Counted from the stretch's first letter, positions 18,320-27,030 are shown. The stretch: DNA of 32,000 nt from Trichlorobacter lovleyi SZ (GCF_000020385.1 NC_010814.1:900001-932000); one strand, 5' to 3'. A program made the numbers and translations. The notes: generated from the letters alone by a model not told the origin.

Positions 18320-19942
18320 TCAGGCTGCCAGCTTGAATCTGGCCACCAGCTGCTGCAGTTCCCCGGCCAGTCCGGACAGGTGCTGCGCGGCTGTAGCCGT
18401 GTCTTTGGCATGCTGGGTGGCATGTCCGACGGTTGCGGTGATCTGCTGCATGTTGTTGCTGATCTCATGGGTGGTGGCGGTCTGTTCCTCTGCAGCAGTG
18501 GCGATCTGGCCGATCTGGCCGGTCACTGCGGTGATCTGGGACAGGATATCCTGCAGGGCTGTCCCGGATTTTTCAGCCTCCAGGGCGCCGCGTTCAACCT
18601 GGCGTACTCCGTCGTCCATGGCACTGACTGCCGTCCTGGTCTCTTCCTGGATATTCTTGATCATCTGGCCGATCTCACGGGTGGCGGCGGTGGTCCGCTC
18701 TGCCAGGACCCGCACCTCATCGGCCACCACGGCAAAGCCCCGTCCCATCTCGCCGGCACGGGCCGCCTCAATGGCTGCATTCAGGGCCAGCAGGTTGGTC
18801 TGGTCGGCAATGTCTTCAATGGTGCTGACGATCTCGCCGATCTGGTCAGAACGCTTGCCCAGGCTGTCAACGGTTCCTGCCGCGGATTTGACCCGTTCCG
18901 TGATGGTGGCCATGGCGTTGATGGTGCTCTGCACCACTGTTTCGCCGGTCCTGGCGGCGCTGCTGGCCGTATCGGCGCTTTGGGCGGTCATCTGGCAGTT
19001 CTGGGCGATATCCCCGGCGGTTGCCGCCATCTCGTTGCCGGCCGTGGCCACGTTAAGGGCCTGGCTTGCCACCGTATCGGTGCCGGCCAGCATATCGGTC
19101 GAGGTATGCTGGAGCCGGTTGGCTGCATCGGCAACATTGGTCGCTGCGGTCTTCAGCATGCCGATGGTTTCTCGCATATACTGGGCCATGTTGCCCATGG
19201 CCCGCATCAGGACGGCGGTCTCGTCCTTGCCCTGGGCATCGATATGCACCGTCAGGTCACCGGTCGCAATGGCATCGGCAACCTGCATGCAGGAACGGAT
19301 CGGCCTGATGATGGTGCTGGTCACCAGGAACGAGATGATCAGGGCGGCGCCGATTGCGATGGTGCCGCAGACAATCATGAAGATCAGTGCGGTCCTGCTG
19401 GCTGACTGGGCCTTTTGTGCCGCAAGTTCTGCCTGGTCATTGTAGTATTCCAGCAACTTCTTCAGGGCCGGGTCGGTCACTTCCCGGGTAAGTTTGGTGC
19501 CATCCTGCAGGGCGCTTAGATAACGTGGCCGATCATTGGTCATGGCCGCTTCCACCAGGTTCTTGATCATCGTGCGGCCGGATACGGTTGCCCCCTTGTA
19601 ATCCTCAACCAGTTTTTTCCCTTCAGCCAGCAGGGTGCCGGCTTCAAGTTTTTTCAGGGCGTCCAGATAGATATCGCGATCTTTGGCGTTCAGCTGCAGC
19701 AGGGCCTGTTTTTCCTCCGTGTTTTCCAGGTGTCCCATATGTTTGACCCGGTCGTTGATGGAGTAAATGCTGGCCTGAACCTTTGATGCCTGGTGGCTGA
19801 GCTGGTAAACCCGTTGCACCTCCCCCAGTTTGTGCTGCATGTCGCGTAGTGCCTGAATACCGATGACCAGCGTGCCCAGCAGCAGTAGCGCGATCAGGCC
19901 GAAACCTACCATCAGTTTTGCGGTAATCCCCAGATTCTTCAT
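18320..19942 (-). CDS. Methyl-accepting chemotaxis protein (GC-rich paralog of 9041..10663)
   Basis: ORF 18320..19981; likely start is ATG 19942 ([14 protein letters not shown]) behind AAGGAGGAGG. The architecture matches the other chemoreceptor. The [23 protein letters not shown] is nearly identical to that of the AT-rich copy, while the periplasmic domain has diverged. Confidence 0.9.
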   Translation of the reverse strand: MKNLGITAKLMVGFGLIALLLLGTLVIGIQALRDMQHKLGEVQRVYQLSHQASKVQASIYSINDRVKHMGHLENTEEKQALLQLNAKDRDIYLDALKKLEAGTLLAEGKKLVEDYKGATVSGRTMIKNLVEAAMTNDRPRYLSALQDGTKLTREVTDPALKKLLEYYNDQAELAAQKAQSASRTALIFMIVCGTIAIGAALIISFLVTSTIIRPIRSCMQVADAIATGDLTVHIDAQGKDETAVLMRAMGNMAQYMRETIGMLKTAATNVADAANRLQHTSTDMLAGTDTVASQALNVATAGNEMAATAGDIAQNCQMTAQSADTASSAARTGETVVQSTINAMATITERVKSAAGTVDSLGKRSDQIGEIVSTIEDIADQTNLLALNAAIEAARAGEMGRGFAVVADEVRVLAERTTAATREIGQMIKNIQEETRTAVSAMDDGVRQVERGALEAEKSGTALQDILSQITAVTGQIGQIATAAEEQTATTHEISNNMQQITATVGHATQHAKDTATAAQHLSGLAGELQQLVARFKLAA

Positions 19943-20041
19943 CTCCCCCCTCCTCCTTATCCTCCTTGGTAATTTCTGCACGGCTGTTTCCCCGCTGTGG
20001 GACTAGGCACATGGTTCTGCCGAGCTGATTGAGAGATCGGA

Positions 20042-20057
20042 TGCAGATGGCATGCCA
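20042..20057 (-). promoter_or_regulatory. Sigma-54 promoter-like site upstream of the chemoreceptor gene
   Basis: Minus strand reads TGGCATGCCATCTGCA with exact spacing, about 100 nt upstream of ATG 19942. Confidence 0.5.
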
Positions 20058-20152
20058 TGCCGTAAGTTGCTGTTTAAGCGTTGTTTTTCATATTTGTAGT
20101 TGACTGGGGTTATCGTAATGATAGGCTGTTTACTGAATTGAAAGGGGGGGGT

Positions 20153-21784
20153 ATGCGGGCACAGGATCTTGACTTGCGCGAGTTGCTCAGTTTTGCGCCG
20201 GGCGGAGGTATTATCCGGTTCATGGGGAAGCGCGCATTGCTGTTTGATGCCGTTGCTCTGGGGCTTTTGCGTAAAGAACTGATCGACACCCTGGGCACGA
20301 CTGCTGCCCGCAGTATTCTGACCCGCTTCGGCTATGCCCACGGCCGCAGGACTGCAGAAGCGCTACGGCAGGAGTTCCCGAGCCTGCTGGAGGACAGTCA
20401 GACCGGCCCGCGTCTGCATACGTTGCTGGGGCTGGTGGAGGTTGCCAACAGTACCCGTACCGAAGGTGTGGAGGGGGTGCCGTTGGTGGAGGGTGACTGG
20501 CTCAACTCATACGAGGTTGAACAGCATCTGCTGCATCTCGGCAGATCAACGGAACCTGTCTGCTGGAGTCTGACCGGGTTTGCCAGTGGCTATGTCTCTG
20601 CCTGGGCGGGCAAGGAGGTCTATTTTATCGAGACCCGCTGCTGTGCCAAGGGGGATGCCATCTGCCACATGCAGGGGCGTTTCAAGGAGCAATGGGGCCC
20701 CGAGCTGGATGAGCATCTGCAGTACTACCAGATGGAATCGGCCGACAATATGCTGGCCGAGCTGACTGAAAAACTGCGGACGGTCGAAAACCGGCTCAGG
20801 GTCAAGAAACGCCAGCTTTCCTGCCTGGATGGCGAGGGGGGGGAAGAGGAGTGTGCCTGTATTACCGCCCGTAGCCCTGCCATGCGCAAGACGATTGAGA
20901 TGGCCCGCCGGATTGCCAAGGTGGAATCGACGGTGGTGATCAGCGGTGAGAGCGGTACCGGCAAGGAGCGGATCGCCCAACTGATTCATGAGGGCTCGGC
21001 CCGTATGGGGCGACCCTTTGTGGCGGTTAACTGCGGGGCGGTGACGGAGACCCTGCTGGAGAGCGAACTGTTCGGCCATGTGCGCGGGTCATTTACCGGA
21101 GCTGCCAAGGATGCGGTTGGTCTGTTTGAGGCCGCCAACGGGGGGACGCTTTTTCTGGATGAGATCGGCGAGATATCGCCTGGGATGCAGGTCAAGCTGT
21201 TGCGGGCGTTGCAGGAGCGGGAGATCAGGCGGGTTGGCGACAACAAGGCCCGGCCGGTTGATATCAGGGTGGTGGCGGCCACCAACCGCAACTTGGCCGA
21301 TGAGGTGGCTGCCGGTCGATTCCGCCAGGATCTTTACTACCGTCTGCGGGTGATTGAGCTGCGGGTGCCCCCGCTGCGGGAACGGCGTGAGGACATCCTG
21401 CCCCTGGCACGCCTCTTTCTGGATGAATCGGCGCGCCGCTCAAACCGGACCATTACCGGTTTTGATGCCAAGGCGGCTGACCAGCTGTTGCGTTATGACT
21501 GGCCCGGCAACGTGCGGGAGCTGCAAAATGCCGTTGACTACGGGGTGGCGCTCTGTACAGGTGATCACGTGCAGGCCGATGAATTGCCCGAGGAGTTGCG
21601 TGCGGCCGTGTTCAAGCCGACGGTCAACGGCGGGATCAGGCCGCTTGAGGAGATGGAGCGGGAGTACATCCTGGCGGCCCTGGATGCCATGGGGGATAAC
21701 CGGACCCGTACCGCCAGTGCCTTGAATATCGGCATTGCGACCCTCTACCGCAAATTGAATGAATACGGCAAAGGGTTAAAATAA
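20153..21784 (+). CDS. Sigma-54-dependent transcriptional activator with XylR-N/V4R sensor domain (GC-rich paralog of 16650..18257)
   Basis: ORF 20081..21784; likely start is ATG 20153 (MRAQDLDLRELLSF) directly behind a G8 run. Motifs CCAKGDAIC, GESGTGKE, GSFTGA, ESELFGH and a C-terminal HTH. Confidence 0.9.
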   Translation: MRAQDLDLRELLSFAPGGGIIRFMGKRALLFDAVALGLLRKELIDTLGTTAARSILTRFGYAHGRRTAEALRQEFPSLLEDSQTGPRLHTLLGLVEVANSTRTEGVEGVPLVEGDWLNSYEVEQHLLHLGRSTEPVCWSLTGFASGYVSAWAGKEVYFIETRCCAKGDAICHMQGRFKEQWGPELDEHLQYYQMESADNMLAELTEKLRTVENRLRVKKRQLSCLDGEGGEEECACITARSPAMRKTIEMARRIAKVESTVVISGESGTGKERIAQLIHEGSARMGRPFVAVNCGAVTETLLESELFGHVRGSFTGAAKDAVGLFEAANGGTLFLDEIGEISPGMQVKLLRALQEREIRRVGDNKARPVDIRVVAATNRNLADEVAAGRFRQDLYYRLRVIELRVPPLRERREDILPLARLFLDESARRSNRTITGFDAKAADQLLRYDWPGNVRELQNAVDYGVALCTGDHVQADELPEELRAAVFKPTVNGGIRPLEEMEREYILAALDAMGDNRTRTASALNIGIATLYRKLNEYGKGLK

Positions 21785-21790
21785 TCCGGG

Positions 21791-22093
21791 TTATTTGTTT
21801 CCGACAAATCCCAGCAGTATCAGTTTCGTGCCGGCTCCGCCGCTCACCGCATCGATACGGGCGTTGGCGGTAGTCCTGAGATTACGGTGAACATATATGG
21901 CCGTTCCTTCGATGTTCATGGCCTCGTATGCGTCAATCTCTGATGCTTCAGGTGTTCCCCATCGCACGGATGGGATGTCTCTCGACTGGGCGCCCCCTCA
22001 GCTATAGCAGATCTGTTTGTTCAGGCTGACGGTCACCTGGTTGCCGTTATCAACAATGATCTTGTGCGCCTTTGGGGTCAGTTTCAGATGCAT
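21791..22093 (-). CDS. Candidate small selenoprotein (about 100 codons, in-frame TGA at 22000-21998, C-Y-S-U motif)
   Basis: Hand translation from ATG 22093 gives MHLKLTPKAHKIIVDNGNQVTVSLNKQICYS-TGA-GGAQSRDIPSVRWGTPEASEIDAYEAMNIEGTAIYVHRNLRTTANARIDAVSGGAGTKLILLGFVGNK-TAA, all in a single frame. A hairpin UCCCAUC-CGUGC-GAUGGGG starts 22 nt after the TGA. It is absent from the ORF track because of the TGA. Confidence 0.5.
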
Positions 22094-22162
22094 GTCAGAG
22101 TTCCCCGCTTGTATCTCAAATCCGGTCGTACCGCCGTTGACTCCATGAGTGTGTCCGGAGCC

Positions 22163-23143
22163 TTAGCCACCCACCTGTGACATCGGCATCGTCATGTTTC
22201 TCTGGGCCCGCTCCTCGATTGCGTGGTGTTCAGGTTTGGTGGTGACCACGTAGCGCAGCGCATCTCTGAGTGCCTGATCGTCTCCGGCATGGATGTAGGG
22301 CTTCAGGTCGTGGGTCTCGGTTGCAAACAGGCAGCTTTTGGCAATCCCGGTTGAGGTAACCCTGATCCGGTTGCATTCATTGCAGAAGTGGCATGATACC
22401 GGTGTGATGACGCCGACTCTGCCGGCCGCTCCTGCAATCCGGTAATAGCTGGCCGGTCCGTCCATGGCTGCCTTGCTCTCCGCTTGCAGGGAGTAGCGCA
22501 GGGCCAGCTTGCCGAGGATTTCACTGCCGGAAATGGTACGTGCCTTCCAGGAGTCATCCCGCAGGGTCGGCATATATTCGATGAATCTGACGTGGTAGGG
22601 CCTTTTGAGCGTCAGAGCGGCAAAGTCTGCCACTTCATGGTCATTGACGCCGCGTATCACCACCATATTGATCTTGATCCGCTTGAATCCGGCCTCTTCT
22701 GCTGCCTTGATCCCTTCAAAAACCTTCAGGATGTTTCCGCCGCGGGTGATGCTGTCAAAGGTGTCCGGCTGCAGTGAATCGAGACTGATATTCAGGCTTT
22801 CAACACCGGCACAGCGCAGTTCTGCCGCCATCTCCGGCAACAGGATGCCGTTTGTCGTCAGTACCAGACGTTTCAGACCGGGGGTGGTGGCCAGCTCTGC
22901 CAGAAAGGGGATGATCCCTTTGCGTACCAGCGGTTCGCCGCCGGTAACCCTGATCTTTTCAACGCCAATAGCAACGGCAGCCCGGGAGACCGTGAGCAGC
23001 TCTTCAAAACTCAGTACATCCGCATGCTTTATGGCATGTACCCCTGCGGCGGGCATGCAGTAGATGCAGCGCAGATTGCAGCGGTCGGTTACTGAAAGAC
23101 GCAGGTAATTGATTGACCTTCCAAACGGATCATAGAGTGCCAT
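22163..23143 (-). CDS. moaA: GTP 3',8-cyclase (molybdenum cofactor biosynthesis protein A)
   Basis: ORF 22163..23191; likely start is ATG 23143 (MALYDPFGRSINYLRLSVTDRCNLRCIYCMP, radical-SAM CxxxCxxC). C-terminal second-cluster cysteines CHFCNECNRIRVT. It overlaps the moeA stop by 14 nt. Confidence 0.9.
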   Translation of the reverse strand: MALYDPFGRSINYLRLSVTDRCNLRCIYCMPAAGVHAIKHADVLSFEELLTVSRAAVAIGVEKIRVTGGEPLVRKGIIPFLAELATTPGLKRLVLTTNGILLPEMAAELRCAGVESLNISLDSLQPDTFDSITRGGNILKVFEGIKAAEEAGFKRIKINMVVIRGVNDHEVADFAALTLKRPYHVRFIEYMPTLRDDSWKARTISGSEILGKLALRYSLQAESKAAMDGPASYYRIAGAAGRVGVITPVSCHFCNECNRIRVTSTGIAKSCLFATETHDLKPYIHAGDDQALRDALRYVVTTKPEHHAIEERAQRNMTMPMSQVGG

Positions 23144-24350
23144 AATGAATATCCCCCGTGCCCAGGTCCGGGTCCAGCAAGGTAATTTCAACGACGCTGT
23201 CAGCCAAGAGTAACGAGTGCGGTTCCAGCCTCAACAAGCCGTTGCCGGCTGTCAGTGATGCCAGGTTGGCAGAGCTCTGGTTGGTGATGGTGGAGGCCTT
23301 GTAGCTGTCCCCTTCCGGGGCGACCCGGACGCTGACCAGGTGGGGACGTTCGCCGCTGTTCAAGACCTGTCCGGACAGCACGGCCTTGACCGTGGGCCGC
23401 ATCAGCTGCGAATACCCCAGCATCTTGAGAATGGCCGGGCGAACGAACATCTCAAAACAGACCATGGCCGCGACTGGATTGCCGGGGAGCGCGAAGACCG
23501 GCTTACTGCCGATTGTGGCAAAGGTCGCCGGTTTGCCGGGCTTCATATTCACCTTGCTGAACTGCAGTTCGCCTTGCAGTTCCAGGATCGTTTCCCTGAC
23601 GAAGTCGCGGTCCCCCACGGATGCGCCGCCTGAGATGATCAGGCCATCCGCCTGCAACCCCTCAACAATCTTGTCTCTGGTCGCCTTCCTGGTGTCTGCC
23701 GCAATGCCGATCAGCACCGGTTCTCCACCGGCCTGTATCAATTGGGCTGCCAGACTGTAGCTGTTGCTGTTGATGATCTTGCCCGGACTGGGGATCGAAC
23801 CGATCTCCAGCAGTTCATCTCCCGTGGCAAGAATGGCGATACGCGGCTTGCGGTAGACCGGCAGGGTTGACCAGCCGAATGATGCTAAAAGGCCGATCTC
23901 CTGAGGCCGGACAGGATGGCCGGACTTGATCAGCAGATTCCCCTTCAGTATATCCTCGCCCTGCTTGCGGATATTGGAACCGCGCTTGATTGAGCGATTC
24001 AGGCGGATCACACCGCCATCTTCCGTAATGTCCTCAATCGGTACCACCGTGTCACATCCTGCCGGGACCGGGGCGCCGGTCATGATCTTGACTGTGTCGC
24101 CCTGGCAGACCGGTGCTGTGCGCAGTAACCCGGCAGGAATAAAATCCACAACGTTCCACTGTTCCTGCCCCGGCCGCAGGGCCAGCGCATACCCATCCAT
24201 GGCAGAGTTGTTTGACAGCGGGAGATCATGGGGGGCCCGCATATCAACGGCGATGATTCTGCCGATCGCCTCCAGGAGGGGAACGGACTCACTATCGATC
24301 TGTGTCGTATGCTTAAGGACAATCTCTTGTGCAGCATTGATGCTGATCAT
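23130..24350 (-). CDS. moeA: Molybdopterin molybdotransferase
   Basis: 406-aa ORF with a MoeA-type layout: N-terminal domain, MoCF-binding domain (ILATGDEL...SGGASVGDRDF) and C-terminal domain. Confidence 0.85.
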   Translation of the reverse strand: MISINAAQEIVLKHTTQIDSESVPLLEAIGRIIAVDMRAPHDLPLSNNSAMDGYALALRPGQEQWNVVDFIPAGLLRTAPVCQGDTVKIMTGAPVPAGCDTVVPIEDITEDGGVIRLNRSIKRGSNIRKQGEDILKGNLLIKSGHPVRPQEIGLLASFGWSTLPVYRKPRIAILATGDELLEIGSIPSPGKIINSNSYSLAAQLIQAGGEPVLIGIAADTRKATRDKIVEGLQADGLIISGGASVGDRDFVRETILELQGELQFSKVNMKPGKPATFATIGSKPVFALPGNPVAAMVCFEMFVRPAILKMLGYSQLMRPTVKAVLSGQVLNSGERPHLVSVRVAPEGDSYKASTITNQSSANLASLTAGNGLLRLEPHSLLLADSVVEITLLDPDLGTGDIHYGTL

Positions 24351-24460
24351 GACGAAGCCTCACAAATAGTTCAGGATGACTGGTCTTGTCGGCTGTGCAG
24401 CTCCGGATTCCGGGGGTCTGGTGAACCTGTGATCCGGAGGGTAACGCGTGGCGTAATCAC

Positions 24461-24486
24461 CAGTTACTGCTCGTTAGCAGTAACTG
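24461..24486. promoter_or_regulatory. Perfect 10-bp inverted repeat overlapping the moeA promoter-like site
   Basis: CAGTTACTGC-TCGTTA-GCAGTAACTG. Its right arm overlaps the -12 half of the 24476..24491 site. It could be an operator or a leader hairpin. Confidence 0.45.
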
Positions 24487-24491
24487 TGCCA
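24476..24491 (-). promoter_or_regulatory. Sigma-54 promoter-like site upstream of moeA-moaA
   Basis: Minus strand reads TGGCACAGTTACTGCT with exact GG-N10-GC spacing, about 125 nt upstream of ATG 24350. Confidence 0.5.
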
Positions 24492-24560
24492 TTGAATAAG
24501 TTGCTTGATTTATTGCTGTTGTTGTGTGGTCTGGGCGGGTGGGGGTGGCGTTGTATGTAG

Positions 24561-24591
24561 TTTTGATAATGGGGTCATCATTTTGATAATG
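24561..24591. promoter_or_regulatory. Two direct TTTTGATAATG repeats, 20-bp period (candidate shared activator site)
   Basis: Identical 11-mers at 24561-24571 and 24581-24591 sit midway between the divergent promoter-like sites at 24476..24491 (minus) and 24687..24702 (plus). Confidence 0.4.
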
Positions 24592-24686
24592 CTTCGGCAG
24601 GCAAGGGAATGGACAGGTGCGGGTCCACCCTTTGCCGGAGGGCGCCACTGCAGGTATCGGATTGGCCCGTTACTGTCCGGAAGGTG

Positions 24687-24702
24687 TGGCACAGTAGCTG
24701 CA
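24687..24702 (+). promoter_or_regulatory. Sigma-54 promoter-like site upstream of the MFS gene
   Basis: TGGCACAGTAGCTGCA with exact spacing, about 95 nt upstream of the start at 24794/24800. Confidence 0.5.
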
Positions 24703-24793
24703 GAAGAACCAGACAGTACGGGATCTGATCCTGTATGAGCCAGGGGCGTTACGTCGCGCCTGATTTTTCTTGTTTTGGCCCGGATGACCGCAG

Positions 24794-26011
24794 GTGGCTA
24801 TGAATCAGAATCTGGATAGTGCGGAAAGACGGCTTGCAGCGGCCTGTCTGATCAGCTTCAGCTGCTTCTTTGCCGCCTACATGAGGATGCCGATAGTTCC
24901 GCTGCTGGCGGCTTCTCTGGGGGCTGATCCGGTGCAGGCCGGACTGATCAACGCCACCTTCATGATAACGGCAGCGCTGCTCTCAATTCCGGCCGGTCTC
25001 GTCTCCGACCGTCTGGGGCGCAGACCACTGCTGTTGGGGGGGCTGGCTGTGATGTCGCTATCATCGTTTCTGCTGTCCCGCAGCCATGGGCTGGGTCAGA
25101 TGGCGGTTGTTTACCTGGTGTTTGGGGCCGGGCTTGCAACCTTTTCCCCGGCACTTATGTCCTACGTGGCCGATGTCACCCCTGCCGAAAGGCTCGGTCA
25201 TGCCTATGGCAGATATACTATGGCACTGTACTGCGGCATGACGCTGGGACCTGCTGCAGGCGGCTACGTCGCTGCCCTCAGCGGGTTGCAGGAGGTGTTT
25301 GTGCTGGTTGGCGGCCTGTTCCTGATCATGCTGTTGCTGGCGTGCCGCTATCTGCCCGCCCCTCCGTTAAAACCAGTCACCATTCGCCGTAAGACCTCTG
25401 CCGGGCCGGCGCTGCTGCTGATCCTGAAAAACCGTCCCTTTCTCGCCTGTCTGCTGGCAACCCTGGGGTGCTGTCTGGGCTACGGCATGTTTGTCACCTT
25501 TATGCCGCTGTATATGAAAGATATGGGTATGCATACGGTGCAGGTCGGTTACGTCTTTACCGCCCAGGCCCTTGCCAATGCCGTGTCCCGGTTGCCTACC
25601 GGCAAATTGTCCGACCGGATCAGCAATAAGGGGGGCCTGATTGGCAGCGGTCTGGCGCTGTTCTCCCTGGCAATGGCTGCTCTGGCGGTCTGCCGCTCAG
25701 TGACAGCACTCACGCTTGTTGCCGTTGTCATGGGGGGCGGCATGGGGGTAGCCTTTACCGTGATCTGCGCCCGGATTGCAGAGCTGGTCCCGCCGCAGAT
25801 GCGCGGCCTTGCTGTCGGTTGCTACAACACCTGCGTCTACACCGGTATGATGCTCAGCTCGGTCGCCATGGGGCCGGTGATCAAACTGGCCGGATTTGCC
25901 GGGGCCTTTGTGCTGAACGGTATGGCCGGGATCGTGGTGCTCGTTTTGTTCACGGCCCTCTATCATAGGAAGCGAGCTGGCGTGGCAATCGGATTGACCG
26001 ATCATGTGTAG
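24794..26011 (+). CDS. MFS transporter
   Basis: 405-aa ORF (GTG 24794 or ATG 24800) with a 12-TM-like pattern and the MFS loop motif GLVSDRLGRRP. Confidence 0.8.
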   Translation: MAMNQNLDSAERRLAAACLISFSCFFAAYMRMPIVPLLAASLGADPVQAGLINATFMITAALLSIPAGLVSDRLGRRPLLLGGLAVMSLSSFLLSRSHGLGQMAVVYLVFGAGLATFSPALMSYVADVTPAERLGHAYGRYTMALYCGMTLGPAAGGYVAALSGLQEVFVLVGGLFLIMLLLACRYLPAPPLKPVTIRRKTSAGPALLLILKNRPFLACLLATLGCCLGYGMFVTFMPLYMKDMGMHTVQVGYVFTAQALANAVSRLPTGKLSDRISNKGGLIGSGLALFSLAMAALAVCRSVTALTLVAVVMGGGMGVAFTVICARIAELVPPQMRGLAVGCYNTCVYTGMMLSSVAMGPVIKLAGFAGAFVLNGMAGIVVLVLFTALYHRKRAGVAIGLTDHV

Positions 26012-26191
26012 TGGCTGTAAGGATAGTGCGTCCGTTCGTCTGACAGACTCCAGGCTCCGGCACCGAAGACAGGAATCCATTGCCCTATGATTCGACGTCT
26101 GACCATACCCCTGCTGCATTTCTGCATCATTACCGGACTGCTTGTGCTCCGTCGAAAAATGATCCTATAACGAACTGTCAGGCCCTGGGTT

Positions 26192-27001
26192 ATGTCCATC
26201 TATCTTACGAGAAAAATAGTCAGTCCGGATTTTGAGCGATTGCTGACAGCATTTCATGGCCTGGAAGGAGCTGTTGCCAGGCCCAATCAGGGCATCAGGG
26301 TTGAAGGGCTGACCGGGCGCCTCGATCCGCTTTCCGAAACGCAGCAGAAAATGCTTGCCGCAGCCATTGCACTCGTCAAGGGAGAGGCTGACCGGCGCAG
26401 GACCTGTTACGCCATGGAACTTGAACAGCTGGTTCAGATTTGCGGCATCGAGCGGGGCAACCTCTACGAGTCGCTGCTCAATGAGACCGCAAAGCTGTTG
26501 AAGAAGGGAGTCTGGATATTTGATGAGGCAAACCGGTCTGTTGTCAGGACGGTCTGGTTTCAGTCAATCGAGTTTAGCGCGGGAAAGATCGTATTTCAGT
26601 TTGCTGATAAAGCGTTGCCGCTGATTTTCAGGTGTACTTCCGACAGTCCCGGCAGTGATCTGATCAAGGGGATCCAGTACAAGGGTAAACATACCCTGGC
26701 TGTCTTCGCAATGATCTGGCCCTGCCGCGGCAAAGGGGTGATTGAATATTCCATTCCCCGGCTCATGCAGCAGCTTTCCCTTGAGCATACCCGCTATTCC
26801 TATGGTCAGCTGAAGCTGCGGATTCTGGAACCCGCCTTCAGGGAGATCTACAGCCGGGACGATGCCGTCTTTGTTCGTTTCAGACCGTTGTTTTCCGGGC
26901 GCAAGGTCGAAGGGGTCCGGTTTGAGGTGACGGTGGGGGAAGAGGCCCGCGCACTGAGGCGGCTGGAGCCGGAATTCAGGATCGTTCCTTCCGGAGAGTA
27001 A
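26192..27001 (+). CDS. Rep_3/RepB-like plasmid replication initiator homolog
   Basis: 269-aa ORF. Segments resembling initiator winged-helix repeats: LSETQQKMLAAAIALV, WFQSIEFSAGKIVFQFADKALPLIF, YSYGQLKLRILEPAFREI and a C-terminal SGRKVEGVRFEV. The call is by recognition only. Confidence 0.55.
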   Translation: MSIYLTRKIVSPDFERLLTAFHGLEGAVARPNQGIRVEGLTGRLDPLSETQQKMLAAAIALVKGEADRRRTCYAMELEQLVQICGIERGNLYESLLNETAKLLKKGVWIFDEANRSVVRTVWFQSIEFSAGKIVFQFADKALPLIFRCTSDSPGSDLIKGIQYKGKHTLAVFAMIWPCRGKGVIEYSIPRLMQQLSLEHTRYSYGQLKLRILEPAFREIYSRDDAVFVRFRPLFSGRKVEGVRFEVTVGEEARALRRLEPEFRIVPSGE

Positions 27002-27030
27002 TTCCAATGCCAACTCAAGGCGCTCTCTCT

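Noticed and set aside
18333-19445. 370-aa and 341-aa plus-strand ORFs opposite the GC-rich chemoreceptor gene
   Set aside because: The minus-strand product carries the complete, highly conserved MCP signalling domain. The plus-strand products are A/S/V/C-rich strings without motifs.
24228-24738. Four overlapping 60-110-aa ORFs in the moeA/MFS intergenic region
   Set aside because: They overlap each other on both strands, have no SD sequences or recognisable motifs, and coincide with promoter-like sites, repeats and a leader structure. The region is treated as regulatory DNA.
26087-26167. 26-codon hydrophobic mini-ORF (MIRRLTIPLLHFCIITGLLVLRRKMIL) upstream of the Rep-like gene
   Set aside because: There is no convincing SD and no conservation evidence available, and an ORF of this length is expected by chance.
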